Origin: a virus | Taxonomy: Duplodnaviria; Caudoviricetes | Strand: one strand, 5' to 3' | Length of the DNA stretch: 64,000 nucleotides | Virus record (IMG/VR): IMGVR_UViG_3300001528_000259 | Span: 1-64,000 of that record | Shown: positions 20,088-30,783 of the stretch, in pieces | Layout: the number at the start of each line of letters is the position of its first letter | How positions within the stretch are numbered: position 1 is the first letter of the stretch | Translations under genes and position numbers: made by a program | Notes under the pieces: generated by a model | Databases searched by the model: none | What the model was told of the DNA's origin: nothing | The model's input: only the letters and a program-made list of their open reading frames with translations

Positions 20088-20443
20088 GATTGGGTAAAGA
20101 ATATATTTTTCGTGGTAAGGATAAGAAAACTGGTGAATGGGTTTATGGTTCTCTTCTTGAATTCCATGGTTTTCAAATATTTGATCTTACATTAAAGGCT
20201 TGGATTCCTGTTAATGGTGATACTATTTGTCAGTATACTGGAGTTTGCGATGATAATGGAAAAATGATCTTTGAGTACGACTGGGTAAAAGATCCGAAGA
20301 ATATAGATAAAACAGGTATAGTTGTTTTTCTTGATGGAAGTTATCAAATTAAACTCAATGAAAAAGATTTCTTCCCTATTAGATTTGTTCATGGTGTGTG
20401 GAGTGGAATAGTTGTCTGTGACTACTCAATTTATGAAAATTAA
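20084..20443 (+). CDS. YopX family protein
   Basis: FRGK...EWVYG...TICQYTG..D.NGK.IFE.D. Confidence 0.85.
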   Translation: MRLGKEYIFRGKDKKTGEWVYGSLLEFHGFQIFDLTLKAWIPVNGDTICQYTGVCDDNGKMIFEYDWVKDPKNIDKTGIVVFLDGSYQIKLNEKDFFPIRFVHGVWSGIVVCDYSIYEN

Positions 20444-20473
20444 TCTATAACAAAAGAAAGGAGCATCTGAAAT

Positions 20474-20794
20474 ATGGATAATAACTTAATTGGTCAGGCG
20501 ATGTTTATAGTATTTTCAGAATTCGGTGTGATTTTTGATAAGATAGATAATACTGATGCAGGAGTTATAATGCGATTTACAGTACCCAAAAGTTCTTATT
20601 GCAAAGATGCTCATGATTTTGAAATGTCTGGAAAGCATTTAGCTTCTGTTGTAAAGCACAAACTGGAAGATATGAAAATTATATTTTCGGATATCAGATA
20701 TCATATTCGAGAAGAAGATTGGACGAGAGAAAAGGCTAATATTGCAAGAAGAAATGCTTATAAAGAACTTGGTTATAAAAATTGGCAGATATAA
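20474..20794 (+). CDS. Hypothetical protein
   Basis: AGGAG RBS. Confidence 0.7.
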   Translation: MDNNLIGQAMFIVFSEFGVIFDKIDNTDAGVIMRFTVPKSSYCKDAHDFEMSGKHLASVVKHKLEDMKIIFSDIRYHIREEDWTREKANIARRNAYKELGYKNWQI

Positions 20795-20813
20795 AAAAGA
20801 AGGAGATTAAATT

Positions 20814-21353
20814 ATGACTAAAGAAGAAAATAAAGCCCTCATAGAACGTATGCCCTATCTAATGCCGCGAAATGTGTTCACTGATAAGGTTGACGACAAT
20901 TATGACTATAAGTATATAAGGGGAGAATATGAACTTCCTGATGGTTGGTTTCGTCTTTTCCTTCAAATGTGTGAAGATATAAGAGAACCGCTCATAAAAG
21001 CAGATCACCTTGACTCTTTTCGTTTTAGTCAGATAAAAGAGAAATGGGGTCTGATGGAATGCTATAACTTTGGCGCTCCTAAGGTGGTTCATGACATTAT
21101 TGATGATTATCGTTATGTGAGTCAGTTTATCTGTTGTTGCTGTGGAAAACCAGCGACTATAAAAACAACCGGTTGGGTAGAAAGTTATTGTGACAAGTGC
21201 TTTAAAGGTTCTACGCAGGATAACTATAAAAAACTTGAATTTAACCCGACTCATGTTTTTACTTCTTATCCGCGTGAAAATGACTATAAGCCTGTAACTG
21301 TTGAACGCGATTGTTCCGATATCTGGAGGAGGTATCTTGAAAGTGTTAATTAA
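20814..21353 (+). CDS. Hypothetical phage protein (QIKEKWG motif, Zn finger)
   Basis: GW..L, QIKEKWG, CxxCG. Confidence 0.75.
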   Translation: MTKEENKALIERMPYLMPRNVFTDKVDDNYDYKYIRGEYELPDGWFRLFLQMCEDIREPLIKADHLDSFRFSQIKEKWGLMECYNFGAPKVVHDIIDDYRYVSQFICCCCGKPATIKTTGWVESYCDKCFKGSTQDNYKKLEFNPTHVFTSYPRENDYKPVTVERDCSDIWRRYLESVN

Positions 21354-21513
21354 GTTTAAAATTTTTAGTGGTAATTTTACAGATGATGATAATCAAGCAG
21401 ATACTAAAGTTAATAAATGGTTAGAAGAACATCCTGGTGTAAGAGTTATTGACTGGAAGTATGCTATGACTGACTATAATGGTGATATTTGTATATCTTA
21501 TGTAGAGGATTAG
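21343..21513 (+). CDS. Small hypothetical protein
   Basis: GGAGGAGG RBS. Confidence 0.55.
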   Translation: MLIKFKIFSGNFTDDDNQADTKVNKWLEEHPGVRVIDWKYAMTDYNGDICISYVED

Positions 21514-21515
21514 TT

Positions 21516-21686
21516 ATGGAATTTACATTAACTTCTTTATTCGAATGGCTTTTGGACGTTTTAAAATCTGCAGTACCAATTATTGTAGGTGTTGTTATAG
21601 CAGGCAGAATAAACAAATTTATTGATTTTTGTGATAACCATTGTAGTGAATTTGATAACTGGGATGGAGAGGATAAAAATGACTAA
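21516..21686 (+). CDS. Small membrane protein
   Basis: Hydrophobic segment. Confidence 0.5.
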   Translation: MEFTLTSLFEWLLDVLKSAVPIIVGVVIAGRINKFIDFCDNHCSEFDNWDGEDKND

Positions 21687-21879
21687 CGAAGAAATTTATA
21701 TAGCTGGTGCAAAATACAAGAATATTAATTCAGTAAGTAATGCTCACCCTTGTCAAAAATGTAGTTTTGCTTCAGATGTAACTTTATTTTCTTATCCTGA
21801 AAGAATTTATTGTAATAAAACTATGTGTTATCATTATTTATATGATACTTGTCCTTTATGGAAAGAAAAAGAAAATTGA
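21679..21879 (+). CDS. Small Cys-rich protein
   Basis: RBS plus ORF. Confidence 0.55.
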   Translation: MTNEEIYIAGAKYKNINSVSNAHPCQKCSFASDVTLFSYPERIYCNKTMCYHYLYDTCPLWKEKEN

Positions 21880-21922
21880 TTTTATATAAGTAAATTAACT
21901 AAACAAACGAGGATTTTTCGTT

Positions 21923-22264
21923 ATGTATAAAACAGAACAAGAAGAAGCCATATACAAACAGAATGCACAGATGTCTTATGTAATAGACAATGAAATAAAT
22001 AATATTGTCAGAAAACAAACCATTACAGAAAATAGTATAAAAACAACTCAGGAAAAACTTCATGATGTTGAAATGAAAGCAAAATCAGCATATTATACTA
22101 TCTATCCTTGTGATGATTATATTAAGAGTATGAAAACAAAAATAGAATTTTGTGGTTTTACTTTCTATAGTGAATATAAATTTGGTTGGTTTAGAAAATT
22201 CATTCTAAAGCATATTTTTAGAGCAAAGGTTGAAAGTCTTGAAAATGGAAAGGTGGTTTTATAA
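21923..22264 (+). CDS. Hypothetical protein
   Basis: ORF in a packed run. Confidence 0.6.
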   Translation: MYKTEQEEAIYKQNAQMSYVIDNEINNIVRKQTITENSIKTTQEKLHDVEMKAKSAYYTIYPCDDYIKSMKTKIEFCGFTFYSEYKFGWFRKFILKHIFRAKVESLENGKVVL

Positions 22265-22786
22265 ATGCTTGACGAAATTACAATAAATGGTATTAAGTAC
22301 AGAAAGGTTGAAGAGGAGAAAGAAGCAGAAAGACCTGTAAATTTTAACCCTTTTGAAATACCTGAAAAAAGTGAAATTTGGCTTCTTCCTAATGGCATTG
22401 TCGGGGCGGGTTCAACTGCTTGGTATTATACAAATGAAGAGCGAAAGAAAGAACTTGTTGATGATGCTTTAGTTGTTAATGATGAACAGGTAGGGCTTAG
22501 TCTTGATTTCCGTTGTAATATTATGAGAAAACTCCTTAAATACGGTTATGAACATAACTGTCTCTGGAATGGAAAAGGAAAGGCATATACAGTAGGGTAT
22601 ACAACGATAGGCTCTGATGGCATACAGTTCATGCCGATAACTTGGACGGATACAAGTGACGTGTGTACTATTGCTTTTAATTCACTGGATGAATGTAATG
22701 ACGCGATTAATTGTGTCGTAAGAGTTGAATATATTAAAGCTCAGAAGGAAAATAAGAAGTTGTATAAGAAAGGTGAGTGGGAATGA
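22265..22786 (+). CDS. Hypothetical protein
   Basis: ORF in a packed run. Confidence 0.7.
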   Translation: MLDEITINGIKYRKVEEEKEAERPVNFNPFEIPEKSEIWLLPNGIVGAGSTAWYYTNEERKKELVDDALVVNDEQVGLSLDFRCNIMRKLLKYGYEHNCLWNGKGKAYTVGYTTIGSDGIQFMPITWTDTSDVCTIAFNSLDECNDAINCVVRVEYIKAQKENKKLYKKGEWE

Positions 22787-23484
22787 ACTCAGTCTACATA
22801 AAAGCTAGCGTGCTAATATTGATATTATCAGCATTTATATTAGTTAGCAATTTCTCTGCGCTCATGGTCATTTCGGATAAGAAACAAGAATCAAAGAAGC
22901 CGATAGTCATAGAAGAAATTGAGGAGACCGAACCATTTGAGCCTACTTTCATTGTTATTTCAGACAAGCCTTCTGTTATAAAAGATAGTCTTAGAGGCAC
23001 TGTAGAGAGAGTTAAGTTTGAAGCCTTTAACTATTCTGAAGAAGAAATCGAAGAACCTGATCTTGTCATAGATCCGGAGTATATTCGTCAGAAGTATCCT
23101 AAAGCAATAAAATACATAGCTAAAACCCTCTACGGCGAATGTAGGGGTTCTATAAAGCAAGATCAGGCTGCGGTAGTATGGTGTATCCTCAACCGAGTGG
23201 ATTCATTCAATGGCGAAGGAGAAGCTGCTATAATAGGCACTATAATTGCTAAAAATCAGTTCACCGGATATCGCAAAAATAATCCTGTTTTGCCTAAACT
23301 TGAGGAAATGGCTATAGACGTGTTAGGACGATGGGAGCTTGAGAAACTTGGTGAGACTGATGTTGGAAGGGTGCTACCCAAAGAGTATCGTTGGTTCCTT
23401 GGATATAACGGCAGAAATCATTTTAGAGATTCTTATCGAAACGGAAAGATTTGGGATTGGAGTTTAGAAAGCCCTTATGAATGA
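22783..23484 (+). CDS. Membrane-anchored SleB-like cell wall hydrolase (Hydrolase_2)
   Basis: N-terminal TM; IAKTLYGECRG...AVVWCILNRV...NQF. Confidence 0.75.
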   Translation: MNSVYIKASVLILILSAFILVSNFSALMVISDKKQESKKPIVIEEIEETEPFEPTFIVISDKPSVIKDSLRGTVERVKFEAFNYSEEEIEEPDLVIDPEYIRQKYPKAIKYIAKTLYGECRGSIKQDQAAVVWCILNRVDSFNGEGEAAIIGTIIAKNQFTGYRKNNPVLPKLEEMAIDVLGRWELEKLGETDVGRVLPKEYRWFLGYNGRNHFRDSYRNGKIWDWSLESPYE

Positions 23485-23545
23485 AGATGAGATAGCTGAA
23501 CTGATATTACGAAGAAGACGAATGAAGATATTGATAGGATGGTAG
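23477..23545 (+). pseudogene. Truncated gene head MNEDEIAELILRRRR...
   Basis: 22-codon ORF overlapping the upstream stop; resembles the start of small phage DNA-ligase-N-terminal-like proteins. Confidence 0.35.
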
Positions 23546-23550
23546 TTACG

Positions 23551-24102
23551 ATGAATATTGATTTTACAAGTACGCATCTTGAAACACTTTGTGATTTGAA
23601 AGCAATTGCAGAGAAGCATAACTGTAGGATCTCTTTTGGTGTTGATTCATTTCACGAATATAGTTTTGATGAAGATATTTTAAAACAGATAGGTTTTACA
23701 GATGAAGATATTAAATTTATAGAAAATAATACAGAAATTGATACGCAAGATAGTACTCATAATAGAGTATGGTTTGAATTGGTTGAAAAAGATACAGGTA
23801 AAGTAAATTCTCTAATTTATAGTGAGGGAAGTACACTATTAATTATTAATAAAGACGATTATATTTACAGAGACGAAGATATAAGTGAAGAATTAATGAA
23901 TAAATTAGAAGAACATGATCAATGTTGGGACTATGATTCTTACAGTATATCAGAAAGTTATAATCCGACAATTATTTATGGCTTTGGAAATAAGGGAAGA
24001 GTCGAAGATTATAGAGTGTACCGAAGTGGTATGGCATTAAAGTTCTTTGGAGACCTGGTTTGTGATTATCTCGGCGAACCAAGAATTGATAGGGTATATT
24101 GA
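23551..24102 (+). CDS. Hypothetical protein
   Basis: ORF in a packed run. Confidence 0.7.
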   Translation: MNIDFTSTHLETLCDLKAIAEKHNCRISFGVDSFHEYSFDEDILKQIGFTDEDIKFIENNTEIDTQDSTHNRVWFELVEKDTGKVNSLIYSEGSTLLIINKDDYIYRDEDISEELMNKLEEHDQCWDYDSYSISESYNPTIIYGFGNKGRVEDYRVYRSGMALKFFGDLVCDYLGEPRIDRVY

Positions 24103-24122
24103 AAGTTTGGTGACAATACAAA

Positions 24123-24374
24123 ATGATTAATTATAAAATTTGTCCTATTTGCAAGTACAAGCAAGGTTACTGTCAGTGCTTATTTGGAGGAAGTGCGCAT
24201 CCAGATAGGAGTAAAAGACTGGATGTGGTTCTGGAGCATTTATATCTACTAACGCCGGAGCAGGTTCAACATGTTATTGAGTTAGAAAAGCATTGGCAGA
24301 TTTCATATGACGATGAAGAAAAGAATAAAATTGTAAGAGAATTGGAGACATTAAACGATGATTACAAATCTTAA
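24123..24374 (+). CDS. Hypothetical protein
   Basis: ATG lies within the repeated element. Confidence 0.6.
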   Translation: MINYKICPICKYKQGYCQCLFGGSAHPDRSKRLDVVLEHLYLLTPEQVQHVIELEKHWQISYDDEEKNKIVRELETLNDDYKS

Positions 24375-24654
24375 ATTTTTTGATGATGTAGACGATCTTG
24401 GAACGCTTACGGGTTTAAATCACAACCAATTGTGGGACGCAGGATTTAATCTTGATGATATGGATTGGGGATTTGTTTCGGATAAAGAGTATACATTCAA
24501 CAAAACGGATGAATATGGATACGAGTATAGTGAGATTAAGTATAACATTCCTCAGTTTGCGGAGCAGATTCTACGGATGATGGAAAATTACTGTATGGGA
24601 TTTTACCATGTGGAGTATGGGGAAAAACATTATTATACGTTACATCATGCGTGA
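24358..24654 (+). CDS. Hypothetical protein
   Basis: GGAG RBS. Confidence 0.7.
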   Translation: MITNLKFFDDVDDLGTLTGLNHNQLWDAGFNLDDMDWGFVSDKEYTFNKTDEYGYEYSEIKYNIPQFAEQILRMMENYCMGFYHVEYGEKHYYTLHHA

Positions 24655-24666
24655 GGAGGAAGAATA

Positions 24667-25293
24667 GTGGGATACAGAACCTATATTGCTATTATAGATA
24701 AAAAGCAGCTTAACTCATTAAGAAAATGCAACACTTTGGAGGACGTTGCCAAGGTGTTTGAAAAGTATGGATGGGAGTATGAGAAAGACGAAGAGGGTTA
24801 CTACTGCCCTGTTTACAACGTAGGTTATACGGCAGTTCACGAGTTCGGAAAATACTATGAAAACAATTATGACGAATTCAATAAAAAGCAGAAGCGTATT
24901 TTTAAAAATAAAGAGCTCGATGCTGAATATGAAGAGTATGATTTTCAATATGGCGGACAAGAACTGCTGGAATTTGCGATTCAAGATTACCATTCAAGAA
25001 TCAAGAGGTGGTTTGAAAATCTATCCTCACCCAAGACCTGCTTGCCGGAATATGAGACATGGAATAAAACGGAAGACGAGCTCAAAGAAATGCACTATCA
25101 GAAACTTGTAAATGAGTGCAAAGCAAAAACATACGAATGGAACAAATCGTTCGGCTTATCACCATATAACATGAACAAGAAAACTCAGTGTTGCGTTTCG
25201 TCTTGGCTCTATGAGTATGAAATTTTTGATTTAGTTAGAATGTATAAGTTATTTGATTCAAAGAAACATTATGTTGTATATTATGGGTGGTAA
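24667..25293 (+). CDS. Hypothetical protein
   Basis: GAGGAGG RBS, GTG start. Confidence 0.75.
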   Translation: MGYRTYIAIIDKKQLNSLRKCNTLEDVAKVFEKYGWEYEKDEEGYYCPVYNVGYTAVHEFGKYYENNYDEFNKKQKRIFKNKELDAEYEEYDFQYGGQELLEFAIQDYHSRIKRWFENLSSPKTCLPEYETWNKTEDELKEMHYQKLVNECKAKTYEWNKSFGLSPYNMNKKTQCCVSSWLYEYEIFDLVRMYKLFDSKKHYVVYYGW

Positions 25294-25367
25294 AAATTAA
25301 TAGATCAAGTGTTGGGAGAACAAGATATGAAAACTAATGACATGAGCTGACAGAGGAGAGTTAAATT

Positions 25368-25781
25368 ATGAAGAAAGTAATTAAATATAAGTGTGACCAT
25401 TGTGGTGATTTGTTCGACTCAGAAGAAACATGTCTTGAACATGAAGATAGACACGAAAGAATTTATAAAGCTAATCGAATGCTTCGAGCTGGTTGTACAC
25501 TAAAAGAAATTCAAGATGAGTGCAATATATGGTATAGAGTCCCAGATTATTTAGAGAACGTCACTACGGATAATTGTTTTGTGGTAAGGCATTGGCAGTG
25601 TTGTGATAAACCAGCCTACAAGATTGATACTATTTATATGGATGGAAGAGTTAGATTATGGGGCTGTGGTTCTTGGAACGGATATTATGGTGATGCGGTA
25701 AGTTTGGGATTCTCGTGTCTTAGAGACCCTAGACCAAAAGAAGAATTATTTGTAGATAAAAGATATGGTGGTAGATGGTAA
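25368..25781 (+). CDS. Hypothetical protein with N-terminal C2H-type finger
   Basis: YKCDHC..F....C..HE. Confidence 0.7.
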   Translation: MKKVIKYKCDHCGDLFDSEETCLEHEDRHERIYKANRMLRAGCTLKEIQDECNIWYRVPDYLENVTTDNCFVVRHWQCCDKPAYKIDTIYMDGRVRLWGCGSWNGYYGDAVSLGFSCLRDPRPKEELFVDKRYGGRW

Positions 25782-25811
25782 TAAAATGAAGTTTTAATGG
25801 GGGATTCAATT

Positions 25812-26099
25812 ATGAAGAAGCAAGAGTTATTTTCATATGTGCAGAAATTTAATGGGGTTTGCGAAGCCGAATTGATTCGTATTCCGAATATTAGTTATTA
25901 TTGTCATAATTATTATCAAACTGATGATGATCATTTACTTTACGCACATAGCGATGATGACAACTATACGTCGTGGTATTTGTGCGACAAAGATTGCAAC
26001 CAACTGGTTTGTTTTGGAGAAAGTTTCACTTCTGATGAGGATATTATAGAGGTATTTGATGATATCCGATATATGGATTTTTATGGAGTAGGAGATTGA
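25812..26099 (+). CDS. Hypothetical protein
   Basis: RBS plus ORF. Confidence 0.65.
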   Translation: MKKQELFSYVQKFNGVCEAELIRIPNISYYCHNYYQTDDDHLLYAHSDDDNYTSWYLCDKDCNQLVCFGESFTSDEDIIEVFDDIRYMDFYGVGD

Positions 26100-26139
26100 A
26101 TTATAAATAAAACAATATATGTTGGAGTAGGGAGGTAGT

Positions 26140-26676
26140 TTGATGGCACGTTGTAAATGCAAATGGGATAAAGCGCCGTTGGATACAAAGGAAGCGTTCA
26201 AAGTCGTAGAGGACGGCAAGAATGTTTATTTTTGTGCCGAAGAGTGCTATAAGAAGTATATTAATGAAAAGGAAATAAAGGAAAAGGAAGCTGCCGATAA
26301 GAACAGGGCATATAGAGTTATGTGTGATATTCTGGATCAGCAACAGATTATTAATACAGCTATTTGGACTGAGTATAACACATGGCGCAAGGTTGCTACG
26401 AGTAAGCAGGTTGCAGACTATTTGGAGGAGAACAGAGATTTCCTGAGACAGAGTATATCGAGAATTAGTGGACCACTGTACAATAAGATTCGGTATATGA
26501 GCGCGATTGTGTGTAATAAGATTGCGGACTATGTGGAGAAGGCGAAGGTTAGAGAGAGAAACGAAGAAAAGATGATGTCAAGCGTAACAACAGATATGGA
26601 CCAGACAATGTATGAAATTAAAAATGTTAATACAAATAAACGTAGAAGCTTGGATGAGATGGAGGATATGTTTTAA
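26140..26676 (+). CDS. Putative replication accessory protein or helicase loader
   Basis: Cys-containing N-terminus; translationally coupled to the helicase. Confidence 0.5.
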   Translation: MMARCKCKWDKAPLDTKEAFKVVEDGKNVYFCAEECYKKYINEKEIKEKEAADKNRAYRVMCDILDQQQIINTAIWTEYNTWRKVATSKQVADYLEENRDFLRQSISRISGPLYNKIRYMSAIVCNKIADYVEKAKVRERNEEKMMSSVTTDMDQTMYEIKNVNTNKRRSLDEMEDMF

Positions 26677-28259
26677 TGGATAAAGATATGTTTATAAGTG
26701 GAGTAACTGAAAGATATGACACAAGGTTGTTGGAAGACTCTTTGACAACCGAGGGGAATGTTTGTGGAGTGCTTCTCTCTGATTTAACTTTATTCGATGA
26801 TTGTGGGCTTGATACGAAAGATTTTGTAACTAAGCATGGACGTATGTTATTTTCTATTGGTCAAGATTTAAGATCGAAAGGTTTATCTAATTTTGATGAG
26901 ATAACATTTATTTCAAATGCAAATGAAGACTTAAAGAATAAAGTCTACAATGAGTTCGGAGGATTTCGTGGGATCCAGAATGTCATTGATGTGGTATCTA
27001 TAAAAAATATGGACGCTTTTATCGATAAACTAAACAAGCGAAATATTCTGATGACATTGTCACAAAAGAATTTTAATATATTTGAAGAAATGACTCTTGA
27101 TAGTGGCAAAAAAGTAATACCGTTTAATCTTTTCAAAAAGCTGAATTCATCGGAAATTTTGGATTGGTATGAGGCGCAGGTCACTACATTAACTAAGAAA
27201 ATTAATAACTCAAAAATAGTAGAAGAGGGTTGGGTTGATTTTGACGACGGTTTTCTCGAATCACTTATTCAACAAGAAGAGTTAGGTGTTGATTTTGGCT
27301 CGGCTGGAAAAAACATAAAAGGTGAGACAATCCGTACTTTTGAATTCCTCAGTAGGCAGTTAATGGGTTTAAAGCATGGCACGTTAAATGCATTTGCTGC
27401 GGCGAGTGGAGTTGGTAAATCTACTTGGCTCGTTGGATTGTTGATGTCGTTAATCGCAGACGGAAAACACAAGGTTTGTTTAGTAAGCAATGAGAGTCAG
27501 GTTAAGGATATTAAAATACAATTTCTTGCTTGGTTCTGTGCAAGATATCTTGACGAATGGAAGATAACAAAGACGAAATTGATTTCTGGTAATCTAACCG
27601 ATGAAGAAAAAGAAATTATTAAAAAGGCAAAACAGTGCTATAGAGAAAAATTTGGTAAGGCAATTAAAATTGTAACTCTTGCAGACGCCGATTCCCGTCT
27701 TACTTGTCAGATATTAAAGAACTCAGTCTTAAGGGATGGTGTGGATATTGTATGTGTGGACACGTTCAAACTTTCGATGGACAATAACGCCGATAACTTT
27801 TGGCTGAGTCTTGTTGCTGACACGAGAGCTCTTGCGGAACTTTGTTTAAAGTATAATGTTATTGGTCTAATGACCATTCAGCTTGCAATTAATAGTCAAA
27901 ACAGAAGCTGGCTCTCTGCAGATTGTCTTTCAACCAGCAAAGCAGTAAAAGAAGTGCTCTCTAACCTCGTTCTCATCAGGCAGGCTGTACCGCAGTTAGA
28001 ATTTGATAAAAATAGTCCATATTATATACATCCATTTAGGTCTAAGCTCAATTCTAATGGAGATTGGATACAGGAAGATTATGAGCCAGATCCATTGAAG
28101 ACGTGGAGAGTAATTTTTGTCAATAAGGCACGACGTGGAATTACAAGCGATGATAATGGTGTGTGTTATTTGAGTAGGTTCGACCCTGAACATGCAAGTT
28201 TTTTTGAAACTGCACGTTGTAAACCCACACATAAGATTTTTAATACAGATAGTAAATAA
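26676..28259 (+). CDS. dnaB: Replicative DNA helicase, DnaB-like
   Basis: AASGVGKST Walker A, SNE, VDTFK, IQL, NKAR motifs. Confidence 0.85.
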   Translation: MDKDMFISGVTERYDTRLLEDSLTTEGNVCGVLLSDLTLFDDCGLDTKDFVTKHGRMLFSIGQDLRSKGLSNFDEITFISNANEDLKNKVYNEFGGFRGIQNVIDVVSIKNMDAFIDKLNKRNILMTLSQKNFNIFEEMTLDSGKKVIPFNLFKKLNSSEILDWYEAQVTTLTKKINNSKIVEEGWVDFDDGFLESLIQQEELGVDFGSAGKNIKGETIRTFEFLSRQLMGLKHGTLNAFAAASGVGKSTWLVGLLMSLIADGKHKVCLVSNESQVKDIKIQFLAWFCARYLDEWKITKTKLISGNLTDEEKEIIKKAKQCYREKFGKAIKIVTLADADSRLTCQILKNSVLRDGVDIVCVDTFKLSMDNNADNFWLSLVADTRALAELCLKYNVIGLMTIQLAINSQNRSWLSADCLSTSKAVKEVLSNLVLIRQAVPQLEFDKNSPYYIHPFRSKLNSNGDWIQEDYEPDPLKTWRVIFVNKARRGITSDDNGVCYLSRFDPEHASFFETARCKPTHKIFNTDSK

Positions 28260-28327
28260 GAAAGGAGATATATGATGAATACTTAAAAGAATTAACTAAA
28301 AGAAAAATTCACATATGATAAAGTAAT

Positions 28328-29173
28328 ATGGAGAATATAACTTATAATGAATTTATACAAAATATATTAAATACACGTGGTAGATTTGGATGTGGTGACG
28401 AATATTGTGAACGACATCATATTATACCGAGGTGTTTAGGCGGGATAGATGAAGAAAAAAATTTAATAGACTTGTTTGCAAAGGAACATTTTATTGCACA
28501 TAGATTATTGGCTAATGAAAACCCAGATAATGATAAACTAATATATGCATGGTGGATGATGGCACGTGTCGAAAGACCTGGGCAAAGTCGTTATATTTTA
28601 ACACCAGAAGAGTACGAGGAGGCTAAAATTGCATTTTGTCAAACTCATAAAAGCGCAATGCTTGGCGAAAATAATCCAACTAAACGAGAAGATGTGCGAG
28701 CTAAAATAAGTCAATCATTAATGGGACATCCAGTATCTGATGAGGTAAGGGAGAAATTAAGACTAAAATTTACAGGAATGAAGCTATCTACGGAAAGAAT
28801 TCAACAAATAAAACAATGGATGCAAGACCCAAGCCACTGTTCAAATTATGGAAAACATTTAAGTGAAGATACAAAATCTAAACTAGGTAAACAAATCTAT
28901 CAATGCGATATTAATGGGAGATATATAAGTGTATGGCCTTATGTAACACCAGCATCAAACCATACAGGAGTCGATAAATCTTCAATTATTAAATGTTGTA
29001 GGGGAAAATTAAAAACAGCAGGTAATTTCAAGTGGTATTATTTATATGATCAGATTACTAAAGACGGCTCTATAATACAGGGAGCCATTTCACTTAACTT
29101 AATCACCGAAGTTGAAGCACTTGCCCAACTTCAAGCCCAACTAAATGAATTAAAAGAAGATGATGAAATCTAA
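28328..29173 (+). mobile_element. HNH homing endonuclease with NUMOD3/NUMOD1 domains
   Basis: ERHHIIPRCLGG...NL...EHFIAHRLL. Confidence 0.85.
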
Positions 29174-29175
29174 CT

Positions 29176-29259
29176 TTGTAAATAAACTGTAAACTATATT
29201 ACAACCCACTTGACAAAAGTCAAATTTTAAATATAATAAAAGTACAGTACAAAATGATT
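29176..29259 (+). promoter_or_regulatory. Promoter: tandem box, TTGACA-16-TATAAT, repeated element
   Basis: Box 29176, -35 29210, -10 29232, element 29250. Confidence 0.75.
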
Positions 29260-29303
29260 GTATTGTAAAAAAATAATAACAAAAAAACAAAAGGAGAAAA
29301 GCT

Positions 29304-29903
29304 ATGTTTAACGAAGTATTTAATGGTATGTTTGGTAAGGTTGGCAACGGTATGTGCCGTCTGTCAATGAACGGTGGTATCGCGGTTAAGACATCTAATG
29401 GTTACAAAACTTATAATGTTAAGACTGGGAATCTGGTTAACTGTTCTAATTTCGTGTTCCCTGTTGGTGAAGAATTTTTCTTCTGCATCCCAACAAACAA
29501 AGTAGAAATCGGCGATATCATCCTTATTGGAGGTAAGCCAAAGTGTGTTATTAAGTCCGATAAGTCCACAATTACTGTCATCAATTACGAAGACAGTACC
29601 GTTGATACTGTTCTTCCGGAACGGCATATGTTTATGGGAAATACATACTTCTATGGTAAGATTGTTTCTATGTTTGGTAATGATATTTGTGGCAAAGATA
29701 AGAGTGGTATGAACAAGATTATGAAGTATATGATGATGTCTGAAATGTTTAAGAGTAACGGCGGATCTGCGAATAATTCCTTTGGAAACATGTTACCTTT
29801 TATGATGATGAGCAATGGCGGGGCTAGCATGTTTGATAATATGTTCGATGGAATTTTTGATATTGAAGAAGGCAATGATGACACAAAGGAGGACGAAGAG
29901 TAA
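29304..29903 (+). CDS. Hypothetical protein with Met/Gly-rich C-terminus
   Basis: First gene of the vWA/PurA-like operon. Confidence 0.8.
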   Translation: MFNEVFNGMFGKVGNGMCRLSMNGGIAVKTSNGYKTYNVKTGNLVNCSNFVFPVGEEFFFCIPTNKVEIGDIILIGGKPKCVIKSDKSTITVINYEDSTVDTVLPERHMFMGNTYFYGKIVSMFGNDICGKDKSGMNKIMKYMMMSEMFKSNGGSANNSFGNMLPFMMMSNGGASMFDNMFDGIFDIEEGNDDTKEDEE

Positions 29904-30781
29904 TGGGTGGTGGAGCATGGACAAAAGACTCATATAGGAATTATGTGACAACAGCGTATAGTGTAAGCATGAAAGATTTGAGTTTGGATGGTTCTATTTC
30001 ATCTACTTGCACTCTTTCTAATCAGGATATTTTCAAGTCAAAGAGAATGGTTGACGCGCTTAATCCTAAAAACGTTATCCGTGAATGCCTTGATTCTGAG
30101 GAACACCCTAATACAATTCCAGTAATTTTAGCTCTTGATGTAACGGGATCTATGGGTCAGGCGGCGGTTGAGACAGCAAAGAAACTTAATACCATTATGA
30201 CTAACGTTTACTCAAAGGTACCGGATGTGGAGTTTATGATTATGGGCATTGGTGATTTGGCTTATGATAATTATCCTATTCAGGCATCTCAGTTCGAGTC
30301 AGATATTCGTATTGCAGAACAGCTAGATAAGGTATATTTTGAATTTGGTGGTGGCGGAAATAATTTTGAAAGTTATACTGCTGCATGGTATTTTGGATTG
30401 TATCACACAAAACTTGATTGTTATGATAAACGTGGTAAGAAGGGAATTATTATTACAATGGGAGATGAACGTATAAATCCATATCTCCCCCATAATGCTA
30501 TAAATCGTTGTCTTGGTGATACCACACAGGCAGAAATTGAAACCAAAGATTTGTATGCAGAAACCTCAAAGAAATTTGATATTTATCATATTGATGTTGA
30601 ACATGGACATCGTTGGGATGATGGGATTGTTGATTCTTGGAATATTCTTGGCAATAATTTTAAGTCTGCTAATATGAATGATATTTCGGATGTGATTACA
30701 TCAATAATTATGGAGAACACACATACTGAATCTTGCGAAACCAAAACAACAACAAATGAAAATGGAGAAATTGTTTGGTAA
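29903..30781 (+). CDS. von Willebrand factor A domain protein
   Basis: VILALDVTGSMG MIDAS motif, GGGG..ESY, TMGDE. Confidence 0.85.
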   Translation: MGGGAWTKDSYRNYVTTAYSVSMKDLSLDGSISSTCTLSNQDIFKSKRMVDALNPKNVIRECLDSEEHPNTIPVILALDVTGSMGQAAVETAKKLNTIMTNVYSKVPDVEFMIMGIGDLAYDNYPIQASQFESDIRIAEQLDKVYFEFGGGGNNFESYTAAWYFGLYHTKLDCYDKRGKKGIIITMGDERINPYLPHNAINRCLGDTTQAEIETKDLYAETSKKFDIYHIDVEHGHRWDDGIVDSWNILGNNFKSANMNDISDVITSIIMENTHTESCETKTTTNENGEIVW

Positions 30782-30783
30782 AT

